Below are positions 38,778-50,559 of a stretch of 64,000 nt of DNA, in pieces. The stretch's first letter is position 1, and every line of letters starts with the position of its first letter. The position numbers and the translations under genes are program-made. The notes beneath the pieces are model-generated. The model did no database searches, was not told the origin of the DNA, and saw only the letters and a list, made by a program, of their open reading frames with translations. The stretch spans positions 1 to 64,000 of the forward strand of contig JALDZS010000066.1 in NCBI GenBank assembly GCA_022813965.1. The letters run 5' to 3'. The stretch is from Toensbergia leucococca. Lineage: Eukaryota.

Positions 38778-39346
38778 TATGGATATAGTCAGGCAAGCGT
38801 GATGTAAAGGAAGTGGTTGATGAAGCAGTCGCGTGTGGATCTGGAGGACGTGACCTCGCGATTCTGAGCCGAGGCTCTTACCCGATTGAGGTCAATTATT
38901 GAAGTCTCAAAAAAAGGTCTCATAAGCTCCGTTTCAATATTCTCGCAATCTTTGCAGACGGAGGTACTCGTAGTATTTCACGTGCAGCATTGATGCCTTG
39001 TTCGAGGTCACAACACGAAGGCTTCTTTTTACTGATGGCTGAGTATAGAATACATTTGGCTTTATTCATATCCACGCTCTAATATCTATTCGAACACCGC
39101 CAGGTTGAAGTGTAGATGGAGACTATAAACAGAGACGACATCAAAGGTAATAGTATTTGTCAATCAACATATCTAGGTCCAACTCTTAGAGATCATCTAT
39201 ACAGTCTAGGAGACTGAAATAGCGAAGAGCCTGAGGGGAGCTTTGTTTACTGTACAAGACACCACACGTAAGTATCAATGACGGAAACCATGTTATTTTC
39301 TGATAACGTAAATAACAAGCATCGAGGACATAGTGTGGCATTAGCT

Positions 39347-39926
39347 CTACTTGCTACCCCCGAAGCCGAACCAGCTCGAGATGCCACTCTTCGCCTCAGC
39401 TGTTTTTTTCTCAACAGTCTTATCGAACGTGTTCACGGTATCCTTCAGTTCCTTGCCGGTGGTCTTGCGAGTCTCTTCTAACTTGCTTATGCCATCTGAT
39501 TTGAGTTGATGAAGCTTCGAATCTGCTTCGCTCATCTTGGCACCGATTTGCGCGTCGGCTGCTTTAACCTGGGCACGAGCTTCATCGACCTTGGAGATAG
39601 ATCAGAAGAGCAAAATCCAGTAATGAGGGAGAACATACAGTATTATCTAGCTTGGAACCAGCTTTCTGGGCCCATTCCTCACCCTGCGTCTTTGCTTCCT
39701 TGCCGGAACCTGGAAGTTCTGACTTTAGCTTTGCAGAAGCGCTTGCAGCATCGTCTACCAAAAGAGAATTAAACCATAGTGAGTTTCATGGTATTTGGTT
39801 AATTGACTTACGTTCTATTTTCTTCTGAGCGACCTTGGGATCTCCACCTGCGGCGTAAAGGTAATAGCCTCCAGCTCCCGCCACCGAAAGGCCAAGGAGA
39901 ATTGGGATTCGTGATTTGCCAGACAT
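39347..39926 (-). CDS. Small conserved fungal protein with N-terminal anchor (GGYYLY) and LEA-like helical body
   Basis: MSGKSRIPILLGLSVAGAGGYYLYAAGGDPK.. ends FDKTVEKKTAEAKSGISSWFGFGGSK; two GT-AG introns. Confidence 0.8.
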
Positions 39927-40228
39927 GACGATGAGATGAGGCGAAGTATGAGTTTTAATAGCTTTATACGAGAGATTCGTAGGGTCAAAGTTATTTTTTT
40001 TGCGATTGCGTGCAGGAAAGGAGGATAAGAAGGTGTTCCAATCACTCCAATCAAGTTCCAGCCACAACAATAGCCTTGGCGAAAGTGACGTACTATTTAC
40101 TCCGCACTTTCGCGAGCCACAAGCCGCCTACCTAGAACTCTCCAGGATCCTAATGACATCTTGACAAAATTCCTTGGAGCAGTTGGCCAAGGTTGCAACA
40201 ACACAATGTTCTTTACGCCATAGCTAAT

Positions 40229-41806
40229 ATGTCCCTCTCTGGAATCCTGACAGCTGCACGCACCCAGACAAATCCTACAGATACCTATGACCACGCAATA
40301 AATCTCGTTGACAAGACTAGGCCAATAGCTGAGCCCAACCAAGACTCAAATGAATCGCCAACTGACTTCGAATTCCCCTCGAGAAATTCCAGTGGTGCTC
40401 CTCTAAGCCGGAGATGGACAAAGGGTACCTTGAGGGAGGAGATTACCCGCCGAAAATATGCGAAATGGCAGGAAAGCAAATTTAACAACAGGGAAGAAAC
40501 GGTAGAGCTGGGTGACGATCATGGTAATAGCGTCGATAAAGACTCAAATGCCGCAAAAAGGGATGACAGCAAGCAAGCTGTCGTTCGCAGTGGTCGATTA
40601 CGTGACAGGATCACCTTTAGTAGACCCAAGAAGAAAGCAGCGAAAGCCAAATTGAAAGACGAATACGCTGTCGACATTCTTTATGAAAATCAGAGGGGAT
40701 GGTTTCTCTGCGGCATTCCTCTCTACTCGTCCAAATCACTTCTCAATTTTGACCCTTCACCTTGGCAGACAGCTACGTTCAAAGACAGTCCCATCAACAT
40801 TACCAATGCGCAATTACCAGATCCAAGTTGGGTATGGGCATGGAGATCTTGGTACGTAGACATGTCCCATGATGTTGATGAAGAGGGTTGGCAATACTCT
40901 TTCAGTTTCAGACAAGGCTTTTCCTGGCATGGTACACACCCATGGTTTCATTCATATGTGCGCAGAAGGAGATGGCTTCGGAAGCGAGTGAAAGCACACT
41001 CCGAAAGATTGCATGGAGAAACAGGTGATGTGCATGAGGCCCACATGCTCAATGCGGACTATTTCACAATACATGCGCAGGCACGAGGAAGCAGGGAATC
41101 TAGTGCAGAGAGGACGGTGAACAATCGTTCAAGCTTCCGCGATGGCCCGGATGGCAAGAACGATGACGAAAGCGAGGTCGACCCTGAGGAGATAACCAAC
41201 GTTCTAGCTCTCATGACTGCTCTAAGAAAAGCAAGAGTTGACCGCGAAAAGATTGAAGCTCTATATAATTTTCTAGATCTTGGAGGTGACGAGTTATTCT
41301 ATCTCGCAGATCGCATGGAAGAGATCATGGGTGTCTTCATATACCAGACGTCTCGGCAGCAGCTCCTTGCCCATCTTTTTCAGCTGTCTAAAGACTCGGC
41401 GTACAATGCGGACGGGAAAGCCGAACAGCAAACACCCGAGACCGAGCAAGCGAGACGGAAGGCTGATAATTTGTTGAAGGCTGTCAGTGCTGCTGAAGTG
41501 CACATAAAAAACCTAGAGTACTGGAGCGATGTGAGAGTCCTAGCCAAAAGCGGGGATATTGAAGAGACCACGGACGACAATCAGGTCAATCCCAGCAGTT
41601 GGCAAGGTCTGGATCCAAGAGGGCCTGCTGAAGTTTCTGATATTGAGCCCAAAGCAACGGAATACGATGAGACGAGGAAATTCGACGAAGAGATCAAAGG
41701 AATCCCTGACGACGCTGAGACATTTGAAGAGCCACGAATAAGTCGGGGCACTCCACAAAGTCTAGCTGAGACAAAGTCGCCTGCCAAAGGAAAGGGAAAG
41801 GCATGA
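40229..41806 (+). CDS. Dysferlin-domain protein, Spo73/Mug65-like
   Basis: YENQRGW, LPDPSWVWAWRSWYVDM, DEEGWQYSF, VRRRRWLR; start codon tentative. Confidence 0.85.
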   Translation: MSLSGILTAARTQTNPTDTYDHAINLVDKTRPIAEPNQDSNESPTDFEFPSRNSSGAPLSRRWTKGTLREEITRRKYAKWQESKFNNREETVELGDDHGNSVDKDSNAAKRDDSKQAVVRSGRLRDRITFSRPKKKAAKAKLKDEYAVDILYENQRGWFLCGIPLYSSKSLLNFDPSPWQTATFKDSPINITNAQLPDPSWVWAWRSWYVDMSHDVDEEGWQYSFSFRQGFSWHGTHPWFHSYVRRRRWLRKRVKAHSERLHGETGDVHEAHMLNADYFTIHAQARGSRESSAERTVNNRSSFRDGPDGKNDDESEVDPEEITNVLALMTALRKARVDREKIEALYNFLDLGGDELFYLADRMEEIMGVFIYQTSRQQLLAHLFQLSKDSAYNADGKAEQQTPETEQARRKADNLLKAVSAAEVHIKNLEYWSDVRVLAKSGDIEETTDDNQVNPSSWQGLDPRGPAEVSDIEPKATEYDETRKFDEEIKGIPDDAETFEEPRISRGTPQSLAETKSPAKGKGKA

Positions 41807-42302
41807 GTGTTTGCTAAGAGTTTGCAACCAGGTGCATAGAGTCTGTACCACCAGATGGCACCGGCCGAGAGTGAAGGCGTTTTATTGTGCATCAATATTG
41901 GTGTTGATATCCCCGACACCGGAAGAAGTTTTATCGGACTGCGGTCTTAGATGCTCTCTGCACAGCGTGGAGTTTGGTGTAGGTAGGCATTGGAACAGCC
42001 TAGTCTAAGCGTAATAATTAATCTTAGTATTTATTATTAGGAACACAGAATGCTGTGTCATATTGAAATTCCTAGAATACTAATAGGTATCCGTATGAAA
42101 GTATGAATCCTCCTCGAAGCCTCCCTAACCCTATTTCGCTGTAAAGAGCTAGCGTCACCGCGGGGGTAAATGCCGCAATCACGTGTAGAGGCAACATCAA
42201 TTGCGATAATGACTGGACTGGCGGAGACATCCCTCGCCCTAGAATTTGGCAGCTGTAGCTCCCAGGAGCACGCAGTGGCTTCTAACTTACCTATATGGCA
42301 TC

Positions 42303-43562
42303 ATGGTGGTGCTACTTGACCTTGACGAGGATCTACTCGATCCACATCTGGACCCCAGAGATATTACGAGGCCCGGATTCCAATTTGACGGCACTGTGAC
42401 TCGGAGACTGCTGAATAAGGAAATCCCCTTAGAAACAGAAGAGTGGCCAACGTTGAACATCAATGGCTTCTCAGCTGCATTAGGATGCTATCCGTGGGTT
42501 GCCAAAACATAGTACAATTGTCAATACTGACCTTCGAGTCACAGAGTCGTATCCCAGATTGCCTATTCCATTGATCTGAATACCCTACATGCCTTATCTC
42601 GGACCTGTCGCCGATTCCGACTCAGCCTCTTACAGTTTCGCAAAAGATTGGTGCAGCAAACCCTCCGCTGCGAGAATGAAACCCAGGGTCAATGGCCCTT
42701 CAAGGACGAAGAGACTCGTAATCTGGAGCTGGAATCGACATGGTCCCTCTTCAGCAATCGTTTGACCAGCGGTAAGGTCGGGGCGTGTGCAAGAGATATG
42801 GTCAGCGATTGTCGGAGGTGTGGTCGAATAGTGTGCAGGGTACTTAACTACAACTTTCCTTGCACTCGTCACCCCTTGCTAACAGCCGGGAAGAACTGCA
42901 CCTTGAAACCCCCGTCCGCATCAACACTTCAGAATCGCCACCGCCGCCTATGCTCTGCCTGCCTGGCTACCCCTCTTTCTTTCCTTACAAACCCATTCAC
43001 AACTCCCTTTGCTCCTTCTGTATTTACTACGCCTGCATTCAGCCGTGGTCCATGCTGCTGCCAGGAGATGGTCTACCTATGCCAACCTTGTGGTCAGGGT
43101 CTCGCTAACGTCGACACAACCTACAAGCGCATCTGGACCTGGCGTACACGCTACAGTACTTATCTTGGAGGCTTAGGGACGGGTATCGGTGAGGGCAATG
43201 AGGGAGTCAAGTGTGGGCGTGGAGAGTCTTGTTTCGGTGCCAAGGAGACGGTATTTGAGATTGATTGCGGAGCGGAAGAGTTGTCGCCAGCAACAACGCC
43301 GCAGGGAGAATCCGAAGAATGGGCTGTGGACAAAGCAGGGTATTTAAGGCAGGAGATGGAGGGTATCGGAGGCGTAGTGAAGAAGAAGGTCAAGAAAAGG
43401 GTGAGAGTAGGCAAGACGGTGAGGGAGCACGAGGATGAGAGAGAAAGGGCAGAGTATCTTGGGAGAGAGATCAGGGGCGACGAAAGAAGTTGGTGTGCGT
43501 GGTGTTGGAGGGTTGTGCCGGGCCGAAGAGACAGAGAGGAACTCCAAGCTGACGGGTCGTAA
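42303..43562 (+). CDS. Conserved fungal Cys-rich protein with F-box-like N-terminal segment
   Basis: MVVLLDLDED..; IAYSIDLNTLHALSRTCRRFR (F-box-like); CRRC..CR|NC, LCSAC, LCQPC, WCAWC; two introns. Confidence 0.7.
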
Positions 43563-43693
43563 TGGGGGCTAGGCTGCATCAAATGGTGTGTCAGTGGCAG
43601 AATGAGGGGTTTCCTTGGGACCTGAACGGATGCTTGAGCTGAAATGCCAGTGGTGCCTTCTTATCAAACTCTGAGCATGTCTTTGAAATGCCA

Positions 43694-43778
43694 TTGATGC
43701 CGGTCTTGACGCCGGTCTTGACGCTGGTCAACTTGGAAGTGGTTCGTTTCACTCTGTGTTCCAATTTAGTTCCAAGTT
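43694..43778. repeat. 12-bp tandem repeat x3 followed by a 9-bp inverted repeat
   Basis: TTGA(T/C)GC(C/T)GGTC x3 (43694-43729); AACTTGGAA (43730) pairs with TTCCAAGTT (43770-43778). Confidence 0.75.
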
Positions 43779-45073
43779 AACTCCTGAATCTCCCCCCTGT
43801 TTCACGCGTGCTGTATACTCGGGAAGATCCTCAAGGCTTCCAACCTTCCCTTACCCCCATCTGAAATCGATTTCACATGACCGTTGGTAAATTCAAGGAA
43901 TAGAGGTCTTTGATTGCAGATACGGTGCTCAACATTCTCAAAAAGCACCTTTTCCTCTAGAGAACCGGTGTCCGTATGCATGCATCGTCTTTTTGCACCA
44001 AATGTGAACGCAGAGACTAGGTAGTCTCCTCATCATTCTTCTTGGCCTCTCAAAAAGCTGGGGAATTGGTCTTTAACCCTCACCCCTCCCGCATTCTCAA
44101 GCCCCCCCCCCCCCCCCCCCAACCAAAAAATTTAAAACTCCCTCAGCCCTCCTCTTCCCTCTCCAAAGAGAGAACCCCCTTCCAACCATCTGACGGAAAT
44201 CTCAGTCTAGCTCGCGCTCTCTCTTTGAACATGAGAAGACTCTTGCGTCCTGCAGCAGCATCCATCCTTTGCTCTGCAACACTCGACAACACCACCTCCC
44301 AAAAAAAAAACAGATAAAAAAAAATTAATTTGAGCAGTGCTCTTTCGAATATATTGATTTCGGAAAAGAGGGAAGAGGGGGTAGTGTGCGGAATGATACC
44401 TCTTCCCTTTTCCCGGGTTTTGAAAAATGGCGGACCTGGTTGATAAAATCGGTGGTTGAGAAAGGTTGGGGGGATCTCAGGCGCCCCCCTTCTTTTTTTG
44501 TAGAAGCTGGTGAACGATTTCTTTCTTTGGCAATGGGGGGGTTGGATGGTGGGTTTCTTTTTGAATGGGAGGAAGTGGGAGGAGGGGTAGGGTGAAAAGG
44601 GGAGGGGGTCACTGGGGGAGGGATGGGGGTTGACATATTTGTGTTGGGGTGATTTATGAAAATGTGAGAAGGGTTTGAATTAGATCTCGAGATGGTATGT
44701 ACGGTACTATGATAGAGTGTGTACACCACAAGAGATTCAAAATGAGCGCTGAACAACTGCTTGAAATGCCAGGTATAATAAACGATAGGTATCAATCGAA
44801 ATATCCTCAAAAAATAACAAAACACCATCAATGCCAAAGATCTATCAATTAGATCCAAACAACCCCCTCAATAGCAAATCGCCACTTACCTATCCCAACC
44901 GCTCCTCAGGAAAAAAGAAACCCCACAAACGGAAACCACCATATGAGTAATGTGCGCGGAGTACAAAAAATACCAAAACCCAACACAAATGAATAACTCT
45001 CCTCTCACCTTCGCATTCCCTTCTATTTACCATCGCAAAAAAATCACGTTTCTACCCCTCTAGCAACAGCGCC

Positions 45074-46356
45074 TCAGTAGAAATCAACAGCCAAACACTG
45101 ATTCCCACTCGCCACATCGTCCGTCCCGGTCCCTCCAGTAACATAAGCCTTTTGCTGCCCCACGACCTGATTCTCATAATCAATAGCCGCCTGATTCGGT
45201 CCGCAAGCCCAATTACCCATAGTAGTAGCCAGCGCCTTTGTCCCATCAGGCTTGTTGAATACAGCAGCATCAGGCGCACCAGACAAAATGTCCTGGGTAA
45301 AGCCGTTGGAGCGTCCGCTGCCGTTTGTGGCGCTGATAGTGGCGGCCCCATCGCAGCCTTGTTCGAGGCTGATGTCGCCGTGGGCAGCGCCGTCGTTGCT
45401 GGCGCTGATTTGGAACTCTACCCATGTTGCTGGTAGTTGAGTGCCACGCTGCACGCGGCCTTTGAAGGTTTCGGGAAGAGAGACAAAGCTAGTCGCGTTG
45501 GGGTCAAGAGTGACTGATTGACCTGGGTGGTCGAAATTTGCGCCGGCGGTGCCGTTACCGTTCCAGAAGTTGTCGTAGAAGACGTAGGTTTGCTGTTGGG
45601 GGGATTTGTTGGTTAGGATAATACCGGGGCCATTGGCTGGAGTTTCGTCAAGGCGCTTTACGAGTTTTTGCTGGGGCTTCCGAAACAATTGCGCAGGAGC
45701 TGAGCCAGGCGGTGTGGCGTCGCCATCGTTGTAAGTGACTTGGATGTCGGTGTTGCCATGGGCGGCGGAGGACTGAATATTGTCGCTGGCGTTGCCAGGG
45801 CTGCCGCCCCAGGCGCCGACGCCAATGTAGGTCATGCCGTTTGCAAAAGAGCGAACAAAGGCCTCAAGTTGAGGATAGTCTTTAATAGCGTCGATCCGGA
45901 TGACGGTGCCGGAGCCATTGAGGTGGACGCATGGCTGCAGAGATGCTTTGGTATTGTCATCAGCATTGCTCCAGGCGTTGTTGAAGTGTTGCATGAACAA
46001 GGGGTCTCCCTTGCGAGTGGAGTCATCGCCTACTTGCTGGACTGTCATATTGCCGCCGGCGCCTACGATGTTGCTGAGATCGATGAAATCGTTACCTGTT
46101 AGCAGATTTAGTATGCGGGATCATCTCCAAGAAGGGATATGGACGAAGGCTCACCGCCGAAACCATCTTTGGTAATTTCGGCCTGCTCGCCTTCATGTCC
46201 GTCGTGCAGGGCGATGATGGCTCCTGAGGTTCCATCGTCGGCTTGAATGACAGCTGTGGTGCCTGCGCCAACTGTCATGTTATTGTTGTTATTCCATCCG
46301 TGGATCTCGAGGTCCTGATCATGACCCGACAGGTTCGAGATATTAATATTGTGCAT
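45074..46356 (-). CDS. Tandem two-domain thaumatin-like protein, Cys-poor, no signal peptide
   Basis: Exon 1 (..KDGFGG) spliced to NDFIDLSN..; domain 1 QAEIT..DFIDLSNIVG..MTV; domain 2 GRVQRG..ATWVEF..GDISLEQG..AY..DD..VDF; both resemble the thaumatin AEFT..DFYDVS..G motif. Confidence 0.7.
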
Positions 46357-48698
46357 ATTGGCCTACTCTAATGCTATAAAAGGATAGAGGAATTTCCAAG
46401 CCCAAATCAAACAAGTCGAATAGCTGTGGATTTAGCAGTCTCCCAGTGGTATCTCCTTGGATTTGTGGGACGAATGATATTGCAAATAGGTATAGGTAGA
46501 AAAGTCTTCTTTAGATGTAGTATGAGTATCAAGTGGTTTCGATCTTGGATTCTGCACTTGTAAAGGAGAGAGGTGATTCGAACAAGAAAAACAAGCAGAA
46601 ATATATACGAGTGTCCTGATTGAAGTAAAGGAGCCTTACCTGCCACATTCAGCACCATTTTTGATTGCTGTTGACGTGGCTAAGCTAAACAGTAGACAGT
46701 AGGCTTAGAAATTGCGGTTTAGAATAGCTAAGGCGCCAAAATCATCGGCGAATCAGAACAGACTGAGGCTGGAATCCTCTGCGTGTCTTGGGAGCAGATA
46801 GATAGTCTATCATTGTCATTGTCTTGATTCCTCTCAACTTGAATACTGTTGACAAATCTGCCTATAGTGTCTGTACCATGTCTCTTCTCTCTTCCCTCAT
46901 TTGCAGGGCATCTCATTGTCTCATCCTGATCTTCTGTGTCATGATCATGATCTCATAGACGCAGGTCCCATTACAATTCTCTTGAGAGGAGTGTCATCAA
47001 TTCATGTCTCTTTGTTCAACATCAAGAGCACTACTGACTGTATTAGCAGAGATAGTAAATCCTTGATACTGTTGAGTTGATGTTCATGAATCATGCTGAG
47101 ATGCTCTCATGCTGTACTCAAGAGTGACACTAACGCTAACGAGCTTAGCGTTCGGTCTGGCAGGGCTGATTCGAGGAATCAAACAACCAAGACCCAGACC
47201 TCGACTCCCTCACTTCTCCATCCTACATGGTCTACCTATTTCAAGCAAAGAAACAACAGCATCAATTGATCAGCAGAGCAAGCCCAAAGGTCCTATAGGT
47301 ATTCCTCAGTCTGCTCAGCCTGCTCAGCCTGCATCACCGGTTATCATGAGCAGAAGACATTTCTTTCTTTACTCCGCTGGAGCCTCGGAAGGATTCGCAA
47401 GACTGCCAAATAATTCATTTGCACAGTCAAGATCCTTGGGCTGTCTACTCCGTATCCTAGATTGTTTTTGACGTGCCGCTAGAGGATCATTCTCCTTTCG
47501 TCGCCAAGGATTCTCCAATTAGGACTTTCTATGACTTGGTTTATTCTAAGGAAAGTAGATCCTATTTCCGGCAACTGTGGTCTCCAGTGAAAAATATGAC
47601 TCCCTTTACCAATGATATTCTGCTGCGATTTTTTCATTCTTTACCATCTATCAAGACTCCTGGTGAGGACCGAGATATATGAGATATGTTGTGCTCGATC
47701 AAGTGGATCAAATCAGACCATATTCAGGCGCTTCTTTCGATGATATCATACCTACGTGCAATATACACCGTCTTTTCGTAGAAGTTTTCGAGTCCAACGA
47801 CAACAGAATTCAGTTCCGAAATCAATAATAGAGTAATTCCAGGCACCTGAATCATGTATTGTTGACCTAGATCTCGAGTCCTGAATCATGATTCTGGAAA
47901 TATCTAGGCTGCTTGGATGGATGAGTGTCGCAGGATCGACTGAACTCAGCCGCATCGCTAGCTACCCAATCCAACATGCTGCCTCGCCGTTGATATTTTC
48001 TTCATATCATCTGATCCCTTCGGCTCATCATCAGCGGGAGGCCTATCTTAAGGAATTATAGCTGCTACCTTTAATAGATCTCGTGAGTGTTTCCAAGAAG
48101 AAAAGTATGCGAGGACATGAAGGAACTTCTCATATTATGATATGTCGTTATGGCATATCTTATCAACTGTTTCTCAAGAAGCGATTGACTATACTCGAGA
48201 GAATAGATTTAGGACTCAGATGCTGTAACCTGTCAATTTTTCTGATTTTGGGGAGAATGGATACATTTATTACTTTGTGTACTGGGGCCACCACCGCTGA
48301 AAGAGCCTGCGGTACGATGACCAAAGCCTTTCGAGACATCGTTGGCGACATAAGTCCACCACTCTTGACGACCGGACCAAGAAAATATGATAACAAGCCT
48401 AGCGGCGTTGACTTCTCTCTATCTATGGTCTGTGAGGACGAAACCGTGGATTTATCAAGAAGAAAAGCCACAATGACTGAAGAGGTCTGCATGTCAATCA
48501 AAATTAAGTCGATCTCATAGTGAACATATTGAGGAGGAAAACGCCCGCTATCAGGAAAATCCATCAACCATTAATCCTTCACATCCAGAAATTACCAGAT
48601 CTTGCCCCGCCCACAAATCCAGCTATCAAATATCATCCAACCTGAAGGCACTTTACGAGCGCAATCCCAACAAAAGCCAGCCACGTGCATCGCAAGCC

Positions 48699-49442
48699 TC
48701 AAATCTGAATCGGCTGATCCCACATAAGCTTCTGCATCAAATCCGTAAAGCTGCCGTCAGGATTCATAAGCTGCGCCGCCGGACTAACAAACCCATCCGC
48801 CAGAGTCCTCATGCATCCAAAAAACCCATACTCAAAAATCCAATCCGTACCATCCATCCAATTGACAAGCTGTGCCGTAAATCCCAGCACGTTGGGCAAA
48901 TCAGGCGCCGTAGACGCTATCTCGGACACAATGATGGGTTGCTGGGGATACTTGGCATGGGCGTCTTGCAAAAATTGGATGGCCGCATTGCCGTCCGTGG
49001 AATAGTAGTGGAGGCCTAGGTAGTCGGGCGGCTGGCTGGAGACGCGGTTCATGAAGTCTGCAAGCCAGGCTTGTCCTGCGCCGTCGTTGGAGCAGGAGGG
49101 GCTGACGAGTTTCTTGCCATTTTGCTGCCGGAGAGGCACCATCTGGTTGAGCCAGACGTCAGCGGCGCGTTCCGGGGAAATGTTGGCGCGCTCGGGCTCG
49201 TTGAAGAAGTGGATGATGGGTTGGTCGGTGGTGGAGATGCGTTGCCAGTCGTCGCCTGTGAGTTGGGCTTCTAGATGCACCATCAGGCGGAAAGGGGCGC
49301 GAGCTTTGAGTTCTGGGGGTACCCAGGTGTTCCAGTTACTTATGGAGGAGATAGGACCGTTGAAGTTGACGTTGTCCATTGCTCCTGGGCATCCATTTGT
49401 GTTGGTCCAGTCCCAGAGGAGGCAGCGCTTTTTTGTGGACAT
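48699..49442 (-). CDS. Glycoside hydrolase family 128 (beta-1,3-glucanase), no signal peptide
   Basis: Single-exon 247 aa; KRCL.., NW, FFNEPE acid/base, SP, DYLGLHYY, PIIVSE nucleophile, EYGFFG. Confidence 0.88.
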   Translation of the reverse strand: MSTKKRCLLWDWTNTNGCPGAMDNVNFNGPISSISNWNTWVPPELKARAPFRLMVHLEAQLTGDDWQRISTTDQPIIHFFNEPERANISPERAADVWLNQMVPLRQQNGKKLVSPSCSNDGAGQAWLADFMNRVSSQPPDYLGLHYYSTDGNAAIQFLQDAHAKYPQQPIIVSEIASTAPDLPNVLGFTAQLVNWMDGTDWIFEYGFFGCMRTLADGFVSPAAQLMNPDGSFTDLMQKLMWDQPIQI

Positions 49443-50082
49443 TGTGTTCCTGCCGTTCAGTGTCTTTGCGGAGCGTCGAGTTAGAAAGTCGAAGAGTGAG
49501 CTTTTTCGTGATATATCAGAAAGCGAATACTAATTCATATCTCTAGTAGAAAATACCTAGACAGGGAAAATATCGACTTTAAATACGAAAACTTTCCGAC
49601 ATCTAGACAATCTCTCAAAGTCAACAAATCCTCCATAATCATTTTACCATGGTTACCTGATGGATTAGTCCCATGCTCCAACAAAGTCTCCGCAAGAGAA
49701 CGTGGCTAGGTTCCAAGAAAACGCCCCGTGCAGCAAAGGATTCGCCTCCAGAATCCTAAACCACCAAAATTGGAACCCAACCAGTCTCAGACATGTCACG
49801 TCTGGCCTTGACAATCTTGGCTGCTGGGCCCGGCTTTGGCGCTTGTGTCGTTAGCTTGTGAGACTTCACTGCATCCAACGTGCAAGAGCGAATCATAACA
49901 ATCAACTCGAATGGAGAGTCCTCGTTCTCATTGGTCATGGTTGTGGGCGGCTATGCAACAGCCCCGCGGCAGCAATGAGGCTGAAATCCAATTGTCTCCG
50001 AAGAGCCCCATATGACGTGTTGTGAGCGATCCGGGGGAGACTTGGGCTGAGATCACATTGCATTTCGTCCAATTCGATCATC

Positions 50083-50559
50083 ATGCGGATAGCGCTCTAT
50101 CTTCTGATCCCCATCTCCCTTCTTCTCGTACTGGCGTGCCTGGTGGTCTTTTTCTATGAGCGCATCCTACTGAACAAGAAGGAAAGGTTGGAGGTTCATC
50201 CCACTTTCTCCAGAGCATGGATTGCTACATATTCTACTATTTCCTTCGTCCTCAATTTTCCCCTGGTTCTATTGGGCCCGTTCCGTACCCTCGTCAGTCC
50301 GTTCGAAGTCGCCCTACACTTCCTTATCCCCGGAATCTGGCTATTGGTTCGAAGATGCGTTTGGGAGCTCCTATTCTTAGAGATAACGCCCTTATTCCAT
50401 GAGAGGTGGAATGGAAGAACATATTACCCTATTAATTTGGAGGCGCGGGAGATTCGCGTCCTTCTATGTAGGTACTTCCATGTCCCCCATTTTTCATATA
50501 TTGCTTACAGTTCTCTTGTGACTATTAATGTGCATTGCTCCCTTCATATTGATCTCTAG
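50083..50559 (+). pseudogene. Hydrophobic ORF ending in the start of a HET-domain-like motif; truncated
   Basis: TM-like N-terminus, then YYPINLEAREIRVLL..VHCSL, resembling the Y.PL....EIRLL..I.C.L entry of HET proteins; no ALSY.WG seen downstream. Confidence 0.4.

Noticed and set aside
42123..42133. CCCTAACCCTA telomere-like motif
   Set aside because: Under two units in a 500-bp intergenic gap; at most a Tbf1-type site, not a telomere or telomerase RNA
44042..44858. ORFs of 91 and 177 aa
   Set aside because: Low-complexity purine/pyrimidine tracts; no motif or coherent gene structure
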